A stretch of 64,000 bases of DNA from Zancudomyces culisetae HAW-14-8 (lineage: Eukaryota; Fungi; Kickxellomycota). Below, one piece after another: positions 48,688-62,671 of this stretch. Made by a program: the position numbers and the translations under genes. The number at the start of each line of letters is the position of its first letter. Position 1 is the first letter of the stretch. The notes under the pieces are model-generated. The model was not told the origin of the DNA. It saw only the letters and a list, made by a program, of their open reading frames with translations, and did no database searches. The stretch covers positions 1,550,001-1,614,000 of the forward strand of contig JBNJNM010000021.1 of assembly GCA_052426225.1 (NCBI GenBank). Reading direction: 5' to 3'.

Positions 48688-48797
48688 TGTTGTATCAAAA
48701 ATTTAATAACTAATATACTAAATATTATTTATACTCAATTAGATGGTGGTACATGTATTTTGTTTAAAATAATAATAGTATTTAGTATTTTTATATA
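48688..48797. mobile_element. LTR-like fragment between the two Tc1 elements
   Basis: Begins TGTTGTATCA like LTR N; no other end found. Confidence 0.35.
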
Positions 48798-48799
48798 TA

Positions 48800-50409
48800 C
48801 AGTGACTCAAAAAACTGTTCAAATATTTTTGATGTTCATTTAAAAATTAGTATATCTCACGAATACTATATCGTTTCAGTAAAAATTTTACTAATATTAT
48901 ACATCCATATACAATTATTACCTATCAAAATTTAAGAATACTTGAACCGCCAATCAACTGTAGTTATACTTTTTGTAAAGATATTTTATTTGAACAATTT
49001 TTTGGTTTTAAATTAAATTTATCAATTTTGATGATATCTTTTTCATAATGTTAGATATCATTTAAAAAATTATATGTTACTAGATATAACTAACAAATAT
49101 CTACACAATACATTATTTTATTAAAATACAAATTTTTGATCTATTTAAATACGAACAAAAAACTCAATAATGAAAAATTTTGGAGTGATATATATTTGCT
49201 GGATAATAGATACTCATATAGAATAATTGCATCTAAACTATCTATTAGTAAAGGGACAATATCTAACATAAAAAAAAAGTATCGTACATCATTAAAAAAT
49301 TTATCACCTGGCAGCCCAAATAAATTGACAAAAGCTAATGAGTGGTTAATATTTTGTAAAATTACGTCTGGACAATTTGATATAGCGACAGACGCTACAA
49401 AATTTCTCAAGGATAATGGCATCGTATCTGTGGTTCCTCAAACAGTGCGGAATAGCTCGAAAAACAATGGTTTAAGTGCAAAACCTAAGGTCAAAATACC
49501 TATGCTAAAATTAGGCCATATTTAACAACGACTTGCATTTGCTAAAAATAATCAGCATTGGACTGTAGAAGACTGGAAACGTGTGATATGGTCTGACGAG
49601 ACTAAAATTAACAGATTTGGGTCAGATGGGCGCATGTGGTGCTGGAAAAAACAAGGGAGCCAGTTAAAACCGAACCATGTTAAAAAAACTATAAAACATG
49701 GTGGAGGTTCAATCATGTTATGGGGATGCATGACTTCAGAAGGCCCAGGATATCTTACTAAAATTGATTGCAGACTTAATGCAGAATAGTACTGTGATAT
49801 TCTTGAAGACGAACTGGTAAAATCAATGGAGTGGTACAACTTAGACAGGGAAAGTACAATTTTTCAGCATGATATCGATCCAAAACACACAGCGAAAATT
49901 ACTAAAGAATGGTTGCAAACTAACTTAGTTCAGGTGCTTGACTGGCCAGCACAGTCACCTGACCTAAATCCAATTGAACATCTATGGGTCAATTTGAAAA
50001 AACGGTTGTCAAATCACGAAAATGCACCAAAAAGTATAAACGAACTTTGGGACCGCGTACAAGACGAGTGGAATAAGATATCACGTGACGAGTGTATGAC
50101 GCTAATCAGTAGCATGCCATCAAGAATTAATGCAGTATTGAAAGCCAGGGGTGGATATACTAAATACTAGTTTAATTAAGTTTATAAATTTTTATAATTT
50201 TAGCAAAAAAATAGTTCTAATAAAATAATATTACAAAAAGTACAACTACAGATGATTGGCTGGTTCAAGAATTTAAAATTTTGATAGGTAATACATGTTA
50301 TATAAATGTAAATTGATTGTAATTTTTATAGTGATACGATATTTATTCGTGAGATATACCAATTTTTGAATGAACATCAAAAACATTTGAACAATTTTTT
50401 GAGTCACTG
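48800..50409 (+). mobile_element. Tc1 (DD34E) transposon 2, defective transposase, ~210-bp TIRs
   Basis: TA-CAGTGACTCAAAAAA...TTTTTTGAGTCACTG-TA; WSDETK, QHD-34-E, GGYTKY; internal stops at ~49523 and ~49787. Confidence 0.94.
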
Positions 50410-52165
50410 TATGTCACCAATATAACTCAAATAAAGTTGGAAATACTCAAAAGACATCATGACTCCTCTATTTCTGGACACCTAGGCCGTGCTAAAACTT
50501 ACGAACTTATCTTTAGGAACTACTATTGGCCTAAGATGAGAACAACCATAAATGACTACGTCTCATCCTGCGATCAATGTAACAGATGCAAACCCTCACG
50601 CCACAAACCATATGGCCTATTAAATCCACTTCCAATACCTGAACGCCCGTGGAACTTATCTCGATGGATTTCATCGTTGGACTCCCAAAATCAGATAAGT
50701 ATACTGCTATCCTTGTAATAGTTGACCGCTTTACAAAAATGGCACATTTTTTACATACAATAAACCGTATTGACGCTCCTGGAACTGCCTAACTTTTCTT
50801 TACACACATCTATCGACTTCATGGATTACCTACTGACATTTTATCAGATTGAGGCTCCATATTTACTTCTAAATTCTGGTCTACGCTAATGTCTCTCCTC
50901 CAGATAAAAACAAACCTGTCCACTGCGTTCCACCCTCAATCTGATGGACATACGGAACGAGTAAACCAGGTTGTTGAACAATACTTACGCCTTTACTGTG
51001 ACTACCAACAAACCAACTGGTCTACACTCCTCCCCTTGGCTGAATTCTCCTATAATAATGCTCAACATTCCACTACAAAATTCAGCCCATTTTACGCAAA
51101 CTATGGATAGCACCCAATTTCCCTACCTAACAATATCCCTCACTCCATTCCAAACTCTCCATATGCTCAAAACCTAAGTCAACATCTGTCTCAAACCCAT
51201 AATTTACTTTCCAAAAACATATTCATTGCTAATGAAGCATATGCTAAAGCATACAATAACTAACATCTCCCTAGCCCTAACTTCTCTGTTGGCTCAAAAG
51301 TCTGGCTCACCCGGAAATTCATTAAAATATCCCGACCCAACAATAAACTTGACTTTACAAAGCTTGGTCCTTTTCTCATCACAAATAGAATAGGAGAACG
51401 AGCCTATAAACTAAAACTACCGGAATCTATGAAAATCCACCCGGTTTTTCATGTGTCGTTACTCGAACCGGTTACTGAAAACTTACTAGCAAGTCGACAT
51501 CATGATCCCCCACCACCTATCATTATTAACAATTTTGAAGAATATGAAGTCGAAGAAATTTTAGATAGCAGATTCAATCGCCGAAGTCTAGAATATTTAG
51601 TAGACTGGAAATGATATAATCCCACAGCACGAAGTTGGGAGCCAGCAAGAAACCTAATCCATGCCCCAGAGAAAGTAAAAAATTTCCATAACATGAAATC
51701 CGACAAGCCTAGGCCACGCAGAGCTTGCCCCTAATATGGGAGGTACTGTCATAAATCATAATAATTATTACAAATATTATTTAATTTTAGTGTCAATAAA
51801 CCTATTAGTATTACATGATGTATTTAACTAGTTCAAGAACTATGAATATATTAAGTAAAGTTCAGTTAGTTAGTCATTAGTTTATAGTACTTAATCTAGA
51901 TTGTTTGATTAGTAAGCAACATTATAACCTGCTTACTAATCCACTTTACCTATATGCACTAGAATTTATAAGTTAAATTCTATAGTGATATTTCAGTTGA
52001 TTTTTGATAGTTCAACAACTATAAATAGTTTTTGTATTTTATATTTTATTTATCCTTATCTGACAACAATTTTCGTAACTAAATAAAGTAGTACTCGGCT
52101 AAATCTATACTTCAAATAAATAAATAAATATTACTAGTTAAATATAATCCTTCCTAATCCTGACA
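50410..52165 (+). mobile_element. Chromovirus relic: degraded integrase-chromodomain, PPT and 3' LTR (51747-52165)
   Basis: HDSSISGH...[34 protein letters not shown]; GGGAGG then TGTCA...TGACA. Confidence 0.88.
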
Positions 52166-52262
52166 ATAATATTTGCTATAACTAAATTATAGGCAAAATA
52201 GAAATTGAAACAGGGGTTGATGCAAGAATATGTAAACTATTCCCACTAACATCAACCAATCT

Positions 52263-52368
52263 CCGATAAGTTGAATCCTCATCGCGTACCGCAAGCAATG
52301 CAAACGCTAGTTAGAGAAGAATTAGCACGTATGGAAAAGGCTGGTGTCATTGAAGCATGCATGTCAGA
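52263..52368 (+). pseudogene. Gypsy RT N-terminal fragment (B/D clade)
   Basis: PIKLNPHRVPQAMQTLVREELARMEKAGVIEAC versus PIRLRPYRVPQAMKEKVREELSKMLENGVIEKC in D. Confidence 0.75.
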
Positions 52369-53699
52369 TGTTATGAATAGAACGTAGTTCTATAATTATA
52401 TTTAAATTATTCTATTTCAATTTTTGTTCTATTAAATTAGTCTGTTGAATTTCCATTTAGAAAGTTACATAAATTGATTTAGGTAATAATATATTTAATT
52501 ATTTGCCAAATCGATTTTCAAGTAACAGATAATATTTACAAAAATCAAAACAAATATATGTTGAACTAAACCCCAACATTGAAATCATGAAACTAATCAA
52601 GGGTCAAACTCCTTGAATGTTTCATGAAGTAAGAAAATATTTTTTTTCGTAAACACTGTCTCGCGACCTTGGTTACTTAGATGAAATTTTTCTGAGAAAT
52701 ATATAATAATCAAACAAAATTCGTTGTGGAAATCGAAAGTTTAAAATATTCACTTTAGTTTAAAAAGTTATCATTCTTCTAATTGTAGTTCTATAAAATA
52801 ATATCTTATAATTACATTGGTATAATAATATATCAACATATATGGATATAGATTAATCATTATAATTTTTATAAAATTATTTTACAAGTACAATAATATA
52901 ATAATTTATTTTAATATTTTTTTACAGCCCCTAAACATAATAATATTTATCCAGAATATTTGATAAATGTGTATATTGGTATCGAAATCAAATGTAAACC
53001 GATGATAATTCAGGACTAAATCTGGTAATTAATGTCTATATATGACTTGATATAGGTATTAAGAATAAGGATCTAACCAATAACAATCATTAACTATTAA
53101 ATTATTTCGTAATAATCTTTACTAAAGCTTATTACATAACTTTAATTCATTTAATCTAGTTGTTAATTTTTAAAATTATTTTTAACTTGTGAAGATATTA
53201 TATTGCTGAATTTTCTCATTCAATAAAACTATGGCTATTTATACTTTTCCTAAACTACTTAAAAAGTATGAAAAACATGTTGTACAATAAGAATATACTA
53301 GAAAGTTAGAATTCTATTATGATTACTCTCAATTGTTAGTCATGTAAAAATTGTAAATTGCGCAGAAAAATGTCGTAATTTTAACACGTTTCTAAATTCC
53401 TAATCTACTGCGCAATCAACAAAATTATATTTCCCAAAATGATATTTGAGAAAATAACGCAGCAATTTTCTTAATATATACAACACTTGTATTTATTACG
53501 AATGGCACGATAAATTAAGACATAATTAATTTTTCAGATAATATCATATTTAATTTTCATTTATAATTTACATTACAATTATTTAAACTCAATTAAGTAG
53601 ATATTGTAGTCTAGAAATATATTCTCGCAGTTTAGAGATTAAATTTAATATTAAACTATACAAAAATCCATATTTACATAAAAATCATATGATTTAACT

Positions 53700-56600
53700 T
53701 AGTTAAACCTTGACAGTCGCTGATTCGATCTTGGTGATGGATAGACCCATTCGTTTCTCTTTAGGTTCCATAACCGTGAGCCTTATAAATCTTTCTGTCA
53801 CTGTCGTCATGCTTTGGTCAATCCTTTCAATGTCACTCGGTCTCATGAAGCCAGATATACCGAGAAGGAAACAAAGCTTCTGAGTAAGCTTATGAATACT
53901 AAGTTGTGTGTTAGGTCCCCAGTCCCTTAGAGTTTTAGCTATTGGTGTTATGTCATAGTGATTAGAAGATAGATTAATAGTATTTAAAGTGTTAATTGAT
54001 TGAATAAACTCTTAATACAACCAACTGTCGTTAATGATCCTTCTGTCTGGATGCAAGTTAGATATAGCTGCACATTGTATTTTATCGTATTATAGGACCA
54101 TTTAAAGTTATATCGTCCATCCGATAAGTAGTTTATGACGTCTGAAGCGGAGACCTTGTCCATAGTAATAGATAACTCGCTGATGTAAGCGAGAAACTTC
54201 CTCTGAGCTAGGGAGTAACGTCTATCAAAGTGGATAGACTTGTGATTACTGGTAATAAGCGTCAAGGCATGATCGTTGAGTCCCGCTTCGACATACCGTG
54301 ACCGCTTAACCTCCAAGCGGCTAGCCTCCAGCTCTTGTTCTTGTTCATGAGGCGTTTTCCGCTTGAGGGGTCTGCTAGAACTTTCCGGGTAGGGATCAGA
54401 AGTGGACTGGAGGTCAACAGTGCCCTGAGATCCGGGAACCAAAGGCTCGACTTCCAGTATGGGGTCACCAAGGTCACGGAAAGCTTCTCCCTCCTGACCT
54501 TTTGGATGACCTGGGGTATCAAGTTCCATGGAGGACAGATGTAAGGGTTCCTCCATGGGTTCCAATGGTAACGGAGAGCATTGGAGGCTACCGCCAACGG
54601 GTCCCTGTACCAGGTCATGTACAAGGGAACCTTCTTGTTGGTCGCTGAGGCAAATAGATCGATGTCGTGGGGACCGAGCATCCGATCTATCTTGCTGAAC
54701 ATCCTGGAAGATATCTCCCATTCCACTTGCGCTGTCAGTCTGGATGGCGCATCTGCTGGATTGATCGCTGAAGGGATGTAATCGATCTGTGAGCGTGTCC
54801 TCGACGTCAAACAGAAGTTCCATAAACCTTCGGCTACCTCCAAAAGTTTCGAGGAGCGAGTCCCACCTTGATTCTTGACGTATGCGATCGTCGCATTGTT
54901 GTCGCAATAGAGCAGAATGCTCCTCCCTATGACTTCTGGAAGCCTGAGGGCTATCTGAACTACCTGTAGTTCCTTGACATTGATCGGCTGCTGGCTCCTA
55001 AACTTGTCATATGTCCCACTGTATGTTCTGATGTCTGTCACTATACCCCATCCCTTGTCGCTGGCGTCTGTAAATATCTCCTTGGAGGGAACTTCGGGTA
55101 TAAATGACCTCCCGTTCCACTGTTTGAGCTGTGTAGCCCACCATTTCAGGTTCTCGATGGCTGGAGGAGGTAGAAAAACTGTCGCATTCCAGTCTTCATG
55201 TTCCTTGAGGCCCCTGATCATGGCCTCCTGAAGGCGCCTGAGCCTGAGACGACCCGGGAGCAGCGCAATCGAAAGCGACTGGGCCCTCCCGATGAATGAT
55301 GTCAGGTTTCTGAGGGAAGCTGACCCGCGATTGATCAGCTTCTCGGCTTCCCGTCTGAGATCCCGCTTCTTGTCCTTGGAGACCTTCAGTGACATCTCGC
55401 GGCTGTTGATAGTCATCCCCAAGTGATCGATAACTTGGCTTGGGACTAGGGATGACTTTGACTCCTTGATCAAGAAGCCTACCTTTGCCAGTTTTTTGAG
55501 GAGGAGGCTGACGTTTTGGGCACACCGGTCTTTTGAGTCGCCCAAGACCAGCAAATCGTCTAGATAAGCTGTCAATCTGATTCCTCTCTGCCTCGCCCAT
55601 CTGAGCACGGGCTTCAGGACCTTTGTGAAGGTCCAGGGACTTAAAGAGAGACCAACGGGAAGGACTCGGAACTGGTACAGCTTCCTTCCCCAGGTAAACC
55701 TTACTTATTTTCTTGATGCCTTGTTCAATAATACGTGGAATAAGGCACCTCTTAAGTCGATACTTGCCATCCAGTCCTTTCTCTTGATGATCCTGCAGGT
55801 TTGCTGCAGTGTTTCCATCTTGAAGGACCGGGGAGGGACGTATTGGTTGAGGGGTTTTAGGTTCAAAACCGGTCTCAACTCTCCTGATTTCTTTGGGACG
55901 AGGAAGAGGCTTGAGTAGAAGCCTTTCTGGTTGCTTCTGCCCACTTCCTCGATGGCCCTCTTGGCCAAGAGGCTTATGATCTCTGCCTCTAAGGTCTCTC
56001 TGGCTGCTCTGCTTGCCGGAGGTGGTCTCGACCGTGACTGCGACGTGGTCGGTGGTTGGGTATGGAAGGGAGTTCTGAACCCCTCGGCTATCACGGACTG
56101 TACCCATCTGTCGTCTGTGAGTCTTTGCCAGGCTGCCTGGTACTGGGCAAGCCTTCCTCCTACTGTCTCTTCGTTGCCCTGTGCTTGGATCCAAAAGGGC
56201 GAGGGGCACTAGAGTTGAGAGTTTGAGAGCACTGGGATTGCGTATACCTCTGAACACTCTGCTGAGGCGCCGGAGGCTGGCTTGACTAACCCGGGGTATG
56301 CTGAAACGTGGTAACGGGCTACATTCTGGGTCCCAACTGTCTGGATACATTGGCTCTGGTGTTCTGCTTGGCTTGTGATACTGATTTTCTGAGCTGGTCT
56401 CGTGCTGATATATGCTCGATGATCTTGGCTGGCTCAATATTGAGGTTCTGGTCCTCCTCCCTAAACTTAGGGGTGCTTCCCTGAATTCCCATTGATCTGA
56501 ACATGTAATCAATTCTCTGTTGGGTGATGGTAGATGCCACATCACTGACCAAATCTCTGATATTGTTGGCAAAATCAATGCGTCCTTCCTGCTAACAGCT

Positions 56601-56950
56601 CCATCGCCTTGAATGCACTGGTGGATGAAATAGTCAATCGGTCTAGTAATGCCTGACAGCTTATACTGAAGGTCGTATAATGCTGCGTCTTGGCGCCTAG
56701 TCGATTGACTCTGTCCCATATCTGGAAGGCTTGGCGGTGTATATTCCATGCCCTCGTTGCGTGGACACGAGGCATAAAAGGTTCGCCTATCCGTCTCAGA
56801 TAGTTGACTTTTAAAAAAGTCTTTATCCATGCTTGTAATAGCATGTCTGAGATCAGGATAGAGCTTTAGATCGTAAGTGGCTGGTCTTTCGACCACATAC
56901 TGAACCTCGGGGACCATCTCAGCGTATTCTGAGACTGTAACCGTTGCCAT
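53700..56950 (-). mobile_element. DIRS-like tyrosine-recombinase retroelement 1 (gag, RT, RNase H, Dam-like MT domain, truncated YR)
   Basis: LRPVLNLK, SIDL, YLDD, IFTDAS, ADAPSR, DIDLFAS...CPPW, FLLGISGFMRPSDI; overlapping frames; YR C-terminus missing. Confidence 0.92.
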
Positions 56951-58394
56951 CGCGATACCGATATATTTTGAATTAAATATCAGGGTTATTCAATATTTTA
57001 TGTCAGATTAAAATTTAAAATCAAAAAACTTTTATTCATTGAATTCTTGAATATTTTAATTTTAATAATATATATCTAAATATATAATTAACATCCATAT
57101 TAATAAAATTGAATGTTTTATTCTTATAATTAACAATATCCGAACTATAATTATCTAGATACATCTATTTAAGTATAAAATTGATACATAATATATCTTG
57201 AACTTTAAGTATTAATATGTAATATATTCACATAAAAAATTAATTCATTAACAAATAACAATTATATTTTGATACCTTTAGTAAACTACAATTGTATCTA
57301 AATAACTAATCATTATTATTTATCTATAAATACTAAAATTATAAATGTAATAATATTTGCGAGAATCAACAATAATATTATATTTTAAATGATATTCTAT
57401 TTTTAATTTTAGACTAATTATAATATATTAATTATATATTTATTATGATGTCATTGTAGATATAATATTGTGTAAATATTGGATTATCAAATACTATTCT
57501 AACGGTTTTAATTTATAGTTTCTAAATTATATATATTTTAGAAATATTTTTTTTATTGATTAATTTGTTGTTTCTAAAAATAATAGAATATAAATTTATT
57601 TCATTTAACAAGTAATTTTATATTAAGTAAATTATAATAATTTTTTATATGTATTATTTTATTGCAAATGTATATATATATCTATTTTAATTTAATTTTG
57701 ATTATCGATATTAAGTTTAATGATATACATTTCTAAATATTTATAAATTGTATATGTATTATACTTTGCAATTAAACATAATAGAATTATAGGTTGAGGT
57801 TAAACATATAATTACATTAGTATGACAATTGTCATTATTGAATATATATTGATTATTTATTAGTAATTGCAACAGAAAAAATTCTAACTTCATAAATGTA
57901 CATGTTTTTAATTTATATAAATTATTCAGATAAACTTACTTTCTAATTAATAAATTTAAATATTATCTCTAGATTATCTATAATTATATCATAATGTAAA
58001 AATATAATAACAATATTAACTAAAAAAAAATTTATACTGACATTTCCACAACTCATTTTGTTGTGATTTATAAATTTTCGACATGCAAATTACATAACAA
58101 AATCAAGGTCGTTATAACTTGTTTAACAATTAAATAATATTATTATACTTTAGTAAACATTAATAATGACCTATATTATATTCATTTAATCAATGTTAAG
58201 TTTAAATAAACATTGATATATGTGGTATATGTAAAGTTAACAACAAATATAAATTGAATAGTTATATACATATTTATTCTCTGTACATAACAAGTAACTA
58301 AATTAAATTGTTATAAAACAAAATCGATAATTTAAAGTATTCGGCTATCTATAATTGTGGACTAGAACCTCATCAGTCAACGAGGATAATACCG

Positions 58395-61300
58395 TTGGTG
58401 CTTGAAACAAACAATGTTAGTCGATTCGTACCATCCATTGGAGAGAACTTCTACAAAACCGCGTACACGGGAAAAAAAAGAGCTGAAGTCTACCAAAAGT
58501 TTTATAAAAACACGGACATGAATTATAAGCCCCCGAAGATCAGTGAGGCAGCCAGCCAGTCAGCTAAAAGGTCGGAGACCAACCTTTACAACATCCAGGC
58601 GGGGTTGGCACAGATCACCAGGCCACTCGATACCATGGCCCATAGCATAATCTCCAAGGGCGAGATTACCGACGAGAGAGCCGAATTCCTGTGTTCATCA
58701 ACACAATAAGAAATCTGCTAGGAGACCAGGCCTCGCAGATCACGCAGATGCGTATCGATAACATGTACGCAGGATGAATATAGGCGCAAAACCGAGACAG
58801 ATCATTGACGAAGAAGAAAAAATCTTGGAGACCAAGCTGGTTAAAGAAGACTTGGCCAAGCAAAGGTCCTTCGCTAGGAAGAAGGGCAAGTTTTTTCGGA
58901 AGCGCCAGCAGCAGAGTGCAAATCAATTCCAGCACCAAGGGCAGACAGCTGCACAGGCGCAAAACAATGTGGGAGCCAGGAGCCAGACCCAACCAAGAGC
59001 CCGGCCAAACTTCAGGCAGTACCCAAACAGGGCCAGAAATCAACCCTCAACCAAACAGTAGAGGGCCGGTTGCAGAGATTTCAGAATGCATGGAGGTCAA
59101 TCCCGACCAGCAAGTGGTGCTGGGAGGTGGTCAGCAAGGGGTTCGAGATACTCTTGATACATCGCCCACCAGTGCCGGTGCACCAGGAAACCAACCCGCA
59201 GAGACATCCAGGCAGTCCGGACAAAGAAGCGGTCATAGACCAGGAGGTGGCGGACCTCCTGGGGAACAAGGCCATAGTGAAAGTCGCCGGGGATGCACCG
59301 GGGTTTTACTCCCCAATGTTTTGCATCCTCAAGAAGAACGGCAAGATGCGACCCGTCTTGGACTTATGACGGCTGAACCAGTTCGTGGTGAAACAGAAGT
59401 TCAAGATGGAGTCTCTCAAAAGCATTTGCCAGCTGATCAGGCGGGGAGATTTTATGACCTCCATAGATCTCCAAGACGCCTTCCTCCACATAAAGATGCG
59501 AGAGAAATCTCAGCGTCTATTAAAATTCGTGTGGAAGGGGGTGCACTACCAGTTCACGGTGCTACCCTTTGGACTGACAGCTTCACCTTTGGTTTTCACC
59601 AAGGTGATGCGACCAGTCTTAGCTTGGGCGAGAGGTCTGGGTATGCGAGTCGCGGCATACCTGGACGACCTAATTATATTGGGTCAAACCAAACAGATCT
59701 GCGCAGAGAACACCGCCAGACTGGCCAAGAAGCTAGCAGCACTAGGTTTCTTGGTAAACAAAGAGAAGTCTACCCTGGAGCCCAGCCAGGATATGGAGCA
59801 TCTCGGATTCAAAATCCAGACGCGCCATATGACTCTCAAGGCCCCCATCGAGAAGATCAGAGACGTGAGGAGACTAGCCTCACGACTTCTCGCACAGGGG
59901 GAAACCACTATGAGGGAGATTGCAGCCATAGTGGGAAGGCCCAGGCACTGTCCGCCGCGATTCTTCCGGGTATCCTCCAAACACGGAGGTTACTAGAACT
60001 CAAGAATCAGGCTCTTCAGCAGGGCAAGACATGGGAGAGCAGGGTCAGGAACTCGGAGCCCGCCAAAGAGAACCTCAGCTGGTGGGTTCAGCAGACCTAG
60101 GGGTGGAACGGCAGGTCGTTTCTGCCGGAGAAACCCGAGATCGAGGTGTTTACAGACGCCTCAGACTCAGGGTGGGAGGTAGTGATCAACAGCAGACACT
60201 ACTCCGGGAAGTGGAGCAAGGAGGACAGCCTGCTCCACATCAACGAGAGGGAAATGCGGGCAGTGGAGATAGCCTGCAATCTCAAGAAAGTCCGCGGGAA
60301 GGCCGCGAAGATATATGCAGACAACGTGTCAACGTTTGCATATATGAGGAGGCAGGGGGGTACCAGATCAGCGAAGCTGCTCTCGATAGCGGAGAGGATC
60401 TGGAACCACTGCCTAGCTACTGGGACGCGACCGCAGATGGCATACGTCCCATCGGAGGGGAACCCAGCAGATGCACCATCCAGGCTGAAGAAACAGAACG
60501 AGTGGGCCCTCCACAGAGCAGTATTTCTGGAACTGCAGAAGAGGTGGGGGCCATTCAGCATAGACATGTTGCACCCGAGACGAACCACCAGATGAAGCCA
60601 TTTGCCAGCTGGTACAGGAGTACTAAGGCAGCCTTTGTGGACGCCCTCTCCCAGAACTGGAGGGGGTAGATGGACAGCTACCTCTGCCCACCCTGGAGCC
60701 TACTGATGAGGGTGGTGCAGAAAGTGCAGGAGGAACGGGTGACAGCCACGCTGATAGCACCGAACTGGCCATCAGCAATGTGGTACCCGATTTTGAAACA
60801 GATGGCATCCAGGTGACCGATCCTGATACCGCCTACAGCGGTGATCCCGGACAGCAGCAAGAGCAGGTCCATAATGACCAAGAACAAGGCATGGTCATTG
60901 ATGGCGTGGAGAATAGACGGCGGAGGTTCAGAGATGAGGGACTGTCTGATGCAGCCATCGAGTTTATGGCAGAAAACCCTAGAGCTATTAAGAGAGCCAA
61001 GAGGTACTCGAGCACCCAAGGAAGATTCAAGAGATGATACAAGGATCTCACAGGGCTCGAAGATGAGAACTTCACCCCAATAGACGTGATGAACTTCTTG
61101 TCAGAAATATACAAGTTCAGAAAGTGTGCAGCCTCAACTATATTATCTTACAAGACAGCTCTGATCGGTCTCTTTACGAGTGAAGAGCTGTCGCCTCAAC
61201 ATGTGCAACTCCTCAATATATTCACAAGAACAATCAAGGAGAGTAGATTTAAAAACTTCGTGGACATAAATTATGACATGGCTAAGGTGATCAAAGTGAT

Positions 61301-62671
61301 CAGGGACTGGGGGAACACAGAGGGTTTAGGAATCGTAAACCTTACGACAAAGTTGTGCTGGCTGTTGGCTGTCGCAGGATTCATGAGGCCTAGCGACATA
61401 TACTGGATCGACGACAAGCAGACAACAATCGCGAACTCGGTTCTTGTTCTGGTAGTGGTGGCACCCAAAGAGAAACGGGGCGAATCCCCAATAATCAAGT
61501 CCATAAGGATCAGAGCGCACAAGGACACAATGTTATGCCCAGTGAGAACATACACGGTGTACAAAGCAGCCACGGGGGGTATTAGTTGCACCACGAGGCA
61601 CGACAAATACCCAGAGGTCCTGATAGACAGGTTACTGCGCCATACGAACAACTTTTCAAGGCATCTCTCGACAGACTCAATAGCCAGATACATAAAGCTA
61701 TTAAATGCTCAACTAGATATGCCAGGGATGAATAAAGCATTCAAGGGTAGGGCACTGTTATAAACAATGAGCTGCTTATAACTTGGAGTAGAGATTTGTT
61801 ATGCTTGATTAATATTTATTTAGGGAGAAGTAAGTATTTATGAACTTATAATATTTGATGTGTTGATAAATATATATTTTTCTCTGATGTATCCCAACGT
61901 AATTTCGAAGGGTTTATATAATTTTTCATCAGAGAATTTTACTGTGAAGAAAAACTTAAAGTCAATAAATCTTAGCTATAAAATTTGACTATGTAAAATT
62001 GAACTAGATTAAGGTATCTACTTATCGTGAAACTTGTAATTTTCTTTTGTTGATTTTAACATAGATATGGTTTATCAATTTTAACATTGATTTAGTAATT
62101 GATTTTATCATAGTTTTTGTTTATCGATTTTAGTATTGATTTTGTTCATTGATATTAGCATTGATTTTGTTTATTGATTTTATCATAGTTTTGTTTATCG
62201 ATTTTAGCGTTGATTTTGTTTATCGATTTTATCATGGTTTTTGTTTATCCAATTTTTTCATGGATTTGGTTTATCCAATTTTTTCAAGGATTTTTGTTAA
62301 ATTTAATTATTGGAAAATTTCTTGATTTTGCTTAGTAAATTTTCCCAATAATAAAATCAGAAAATTCATGGTGAATTTTGCAAACTCAATTCCAATGTCG
62401 GAATGGCATATTAGAAAACCGGAAATGAAATAATAAAATAGGTTAGATTATTAGTAGGCCAAAATGTAACTAAAAATTATGTTCCAGGAATTGGCCATTC
62501 CTACAGGCACTAGGAGCGACTACAGCGTTCAAGGCGGGAATCCCAAATGAGCAAATCATTGATCATGCGGGATGGTCGGGTTTGGCAATGTTTAAGGAAT
62601 ACTACAGAATAGATTCCAATATTACAGCCAACATTACAGAGGCGGTTTTACCGTCTGAATCAAACATTTGA
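58395..62671 (+). mobile_element. DIRS-like retroelement 2, YR interrupted by a solo LTR
   Basis: SIDLQDAF, YLDD, FTDAS, YLCPPW, GFMRPSDI; the YR resumes at 62511 to give GRALGATTAFKAG...HAGWS...YYR, stop at 62669-71. Confidence 0.92.
61756..62505. mobile_element. Solo LTR (750 bp) with an internal minisatellite
   Basis: TGTTA...CTACA; 5-bp TSD GGCAC; degenerate GATTTT(A/G)-based tandem repeats at ~62050-62295. Confidence 0.9.

Noticed and set aside
52369-53700. Possible LTR starting TGTTATGAA at 52369
   Set aside because: No matching right end or TSD identified.
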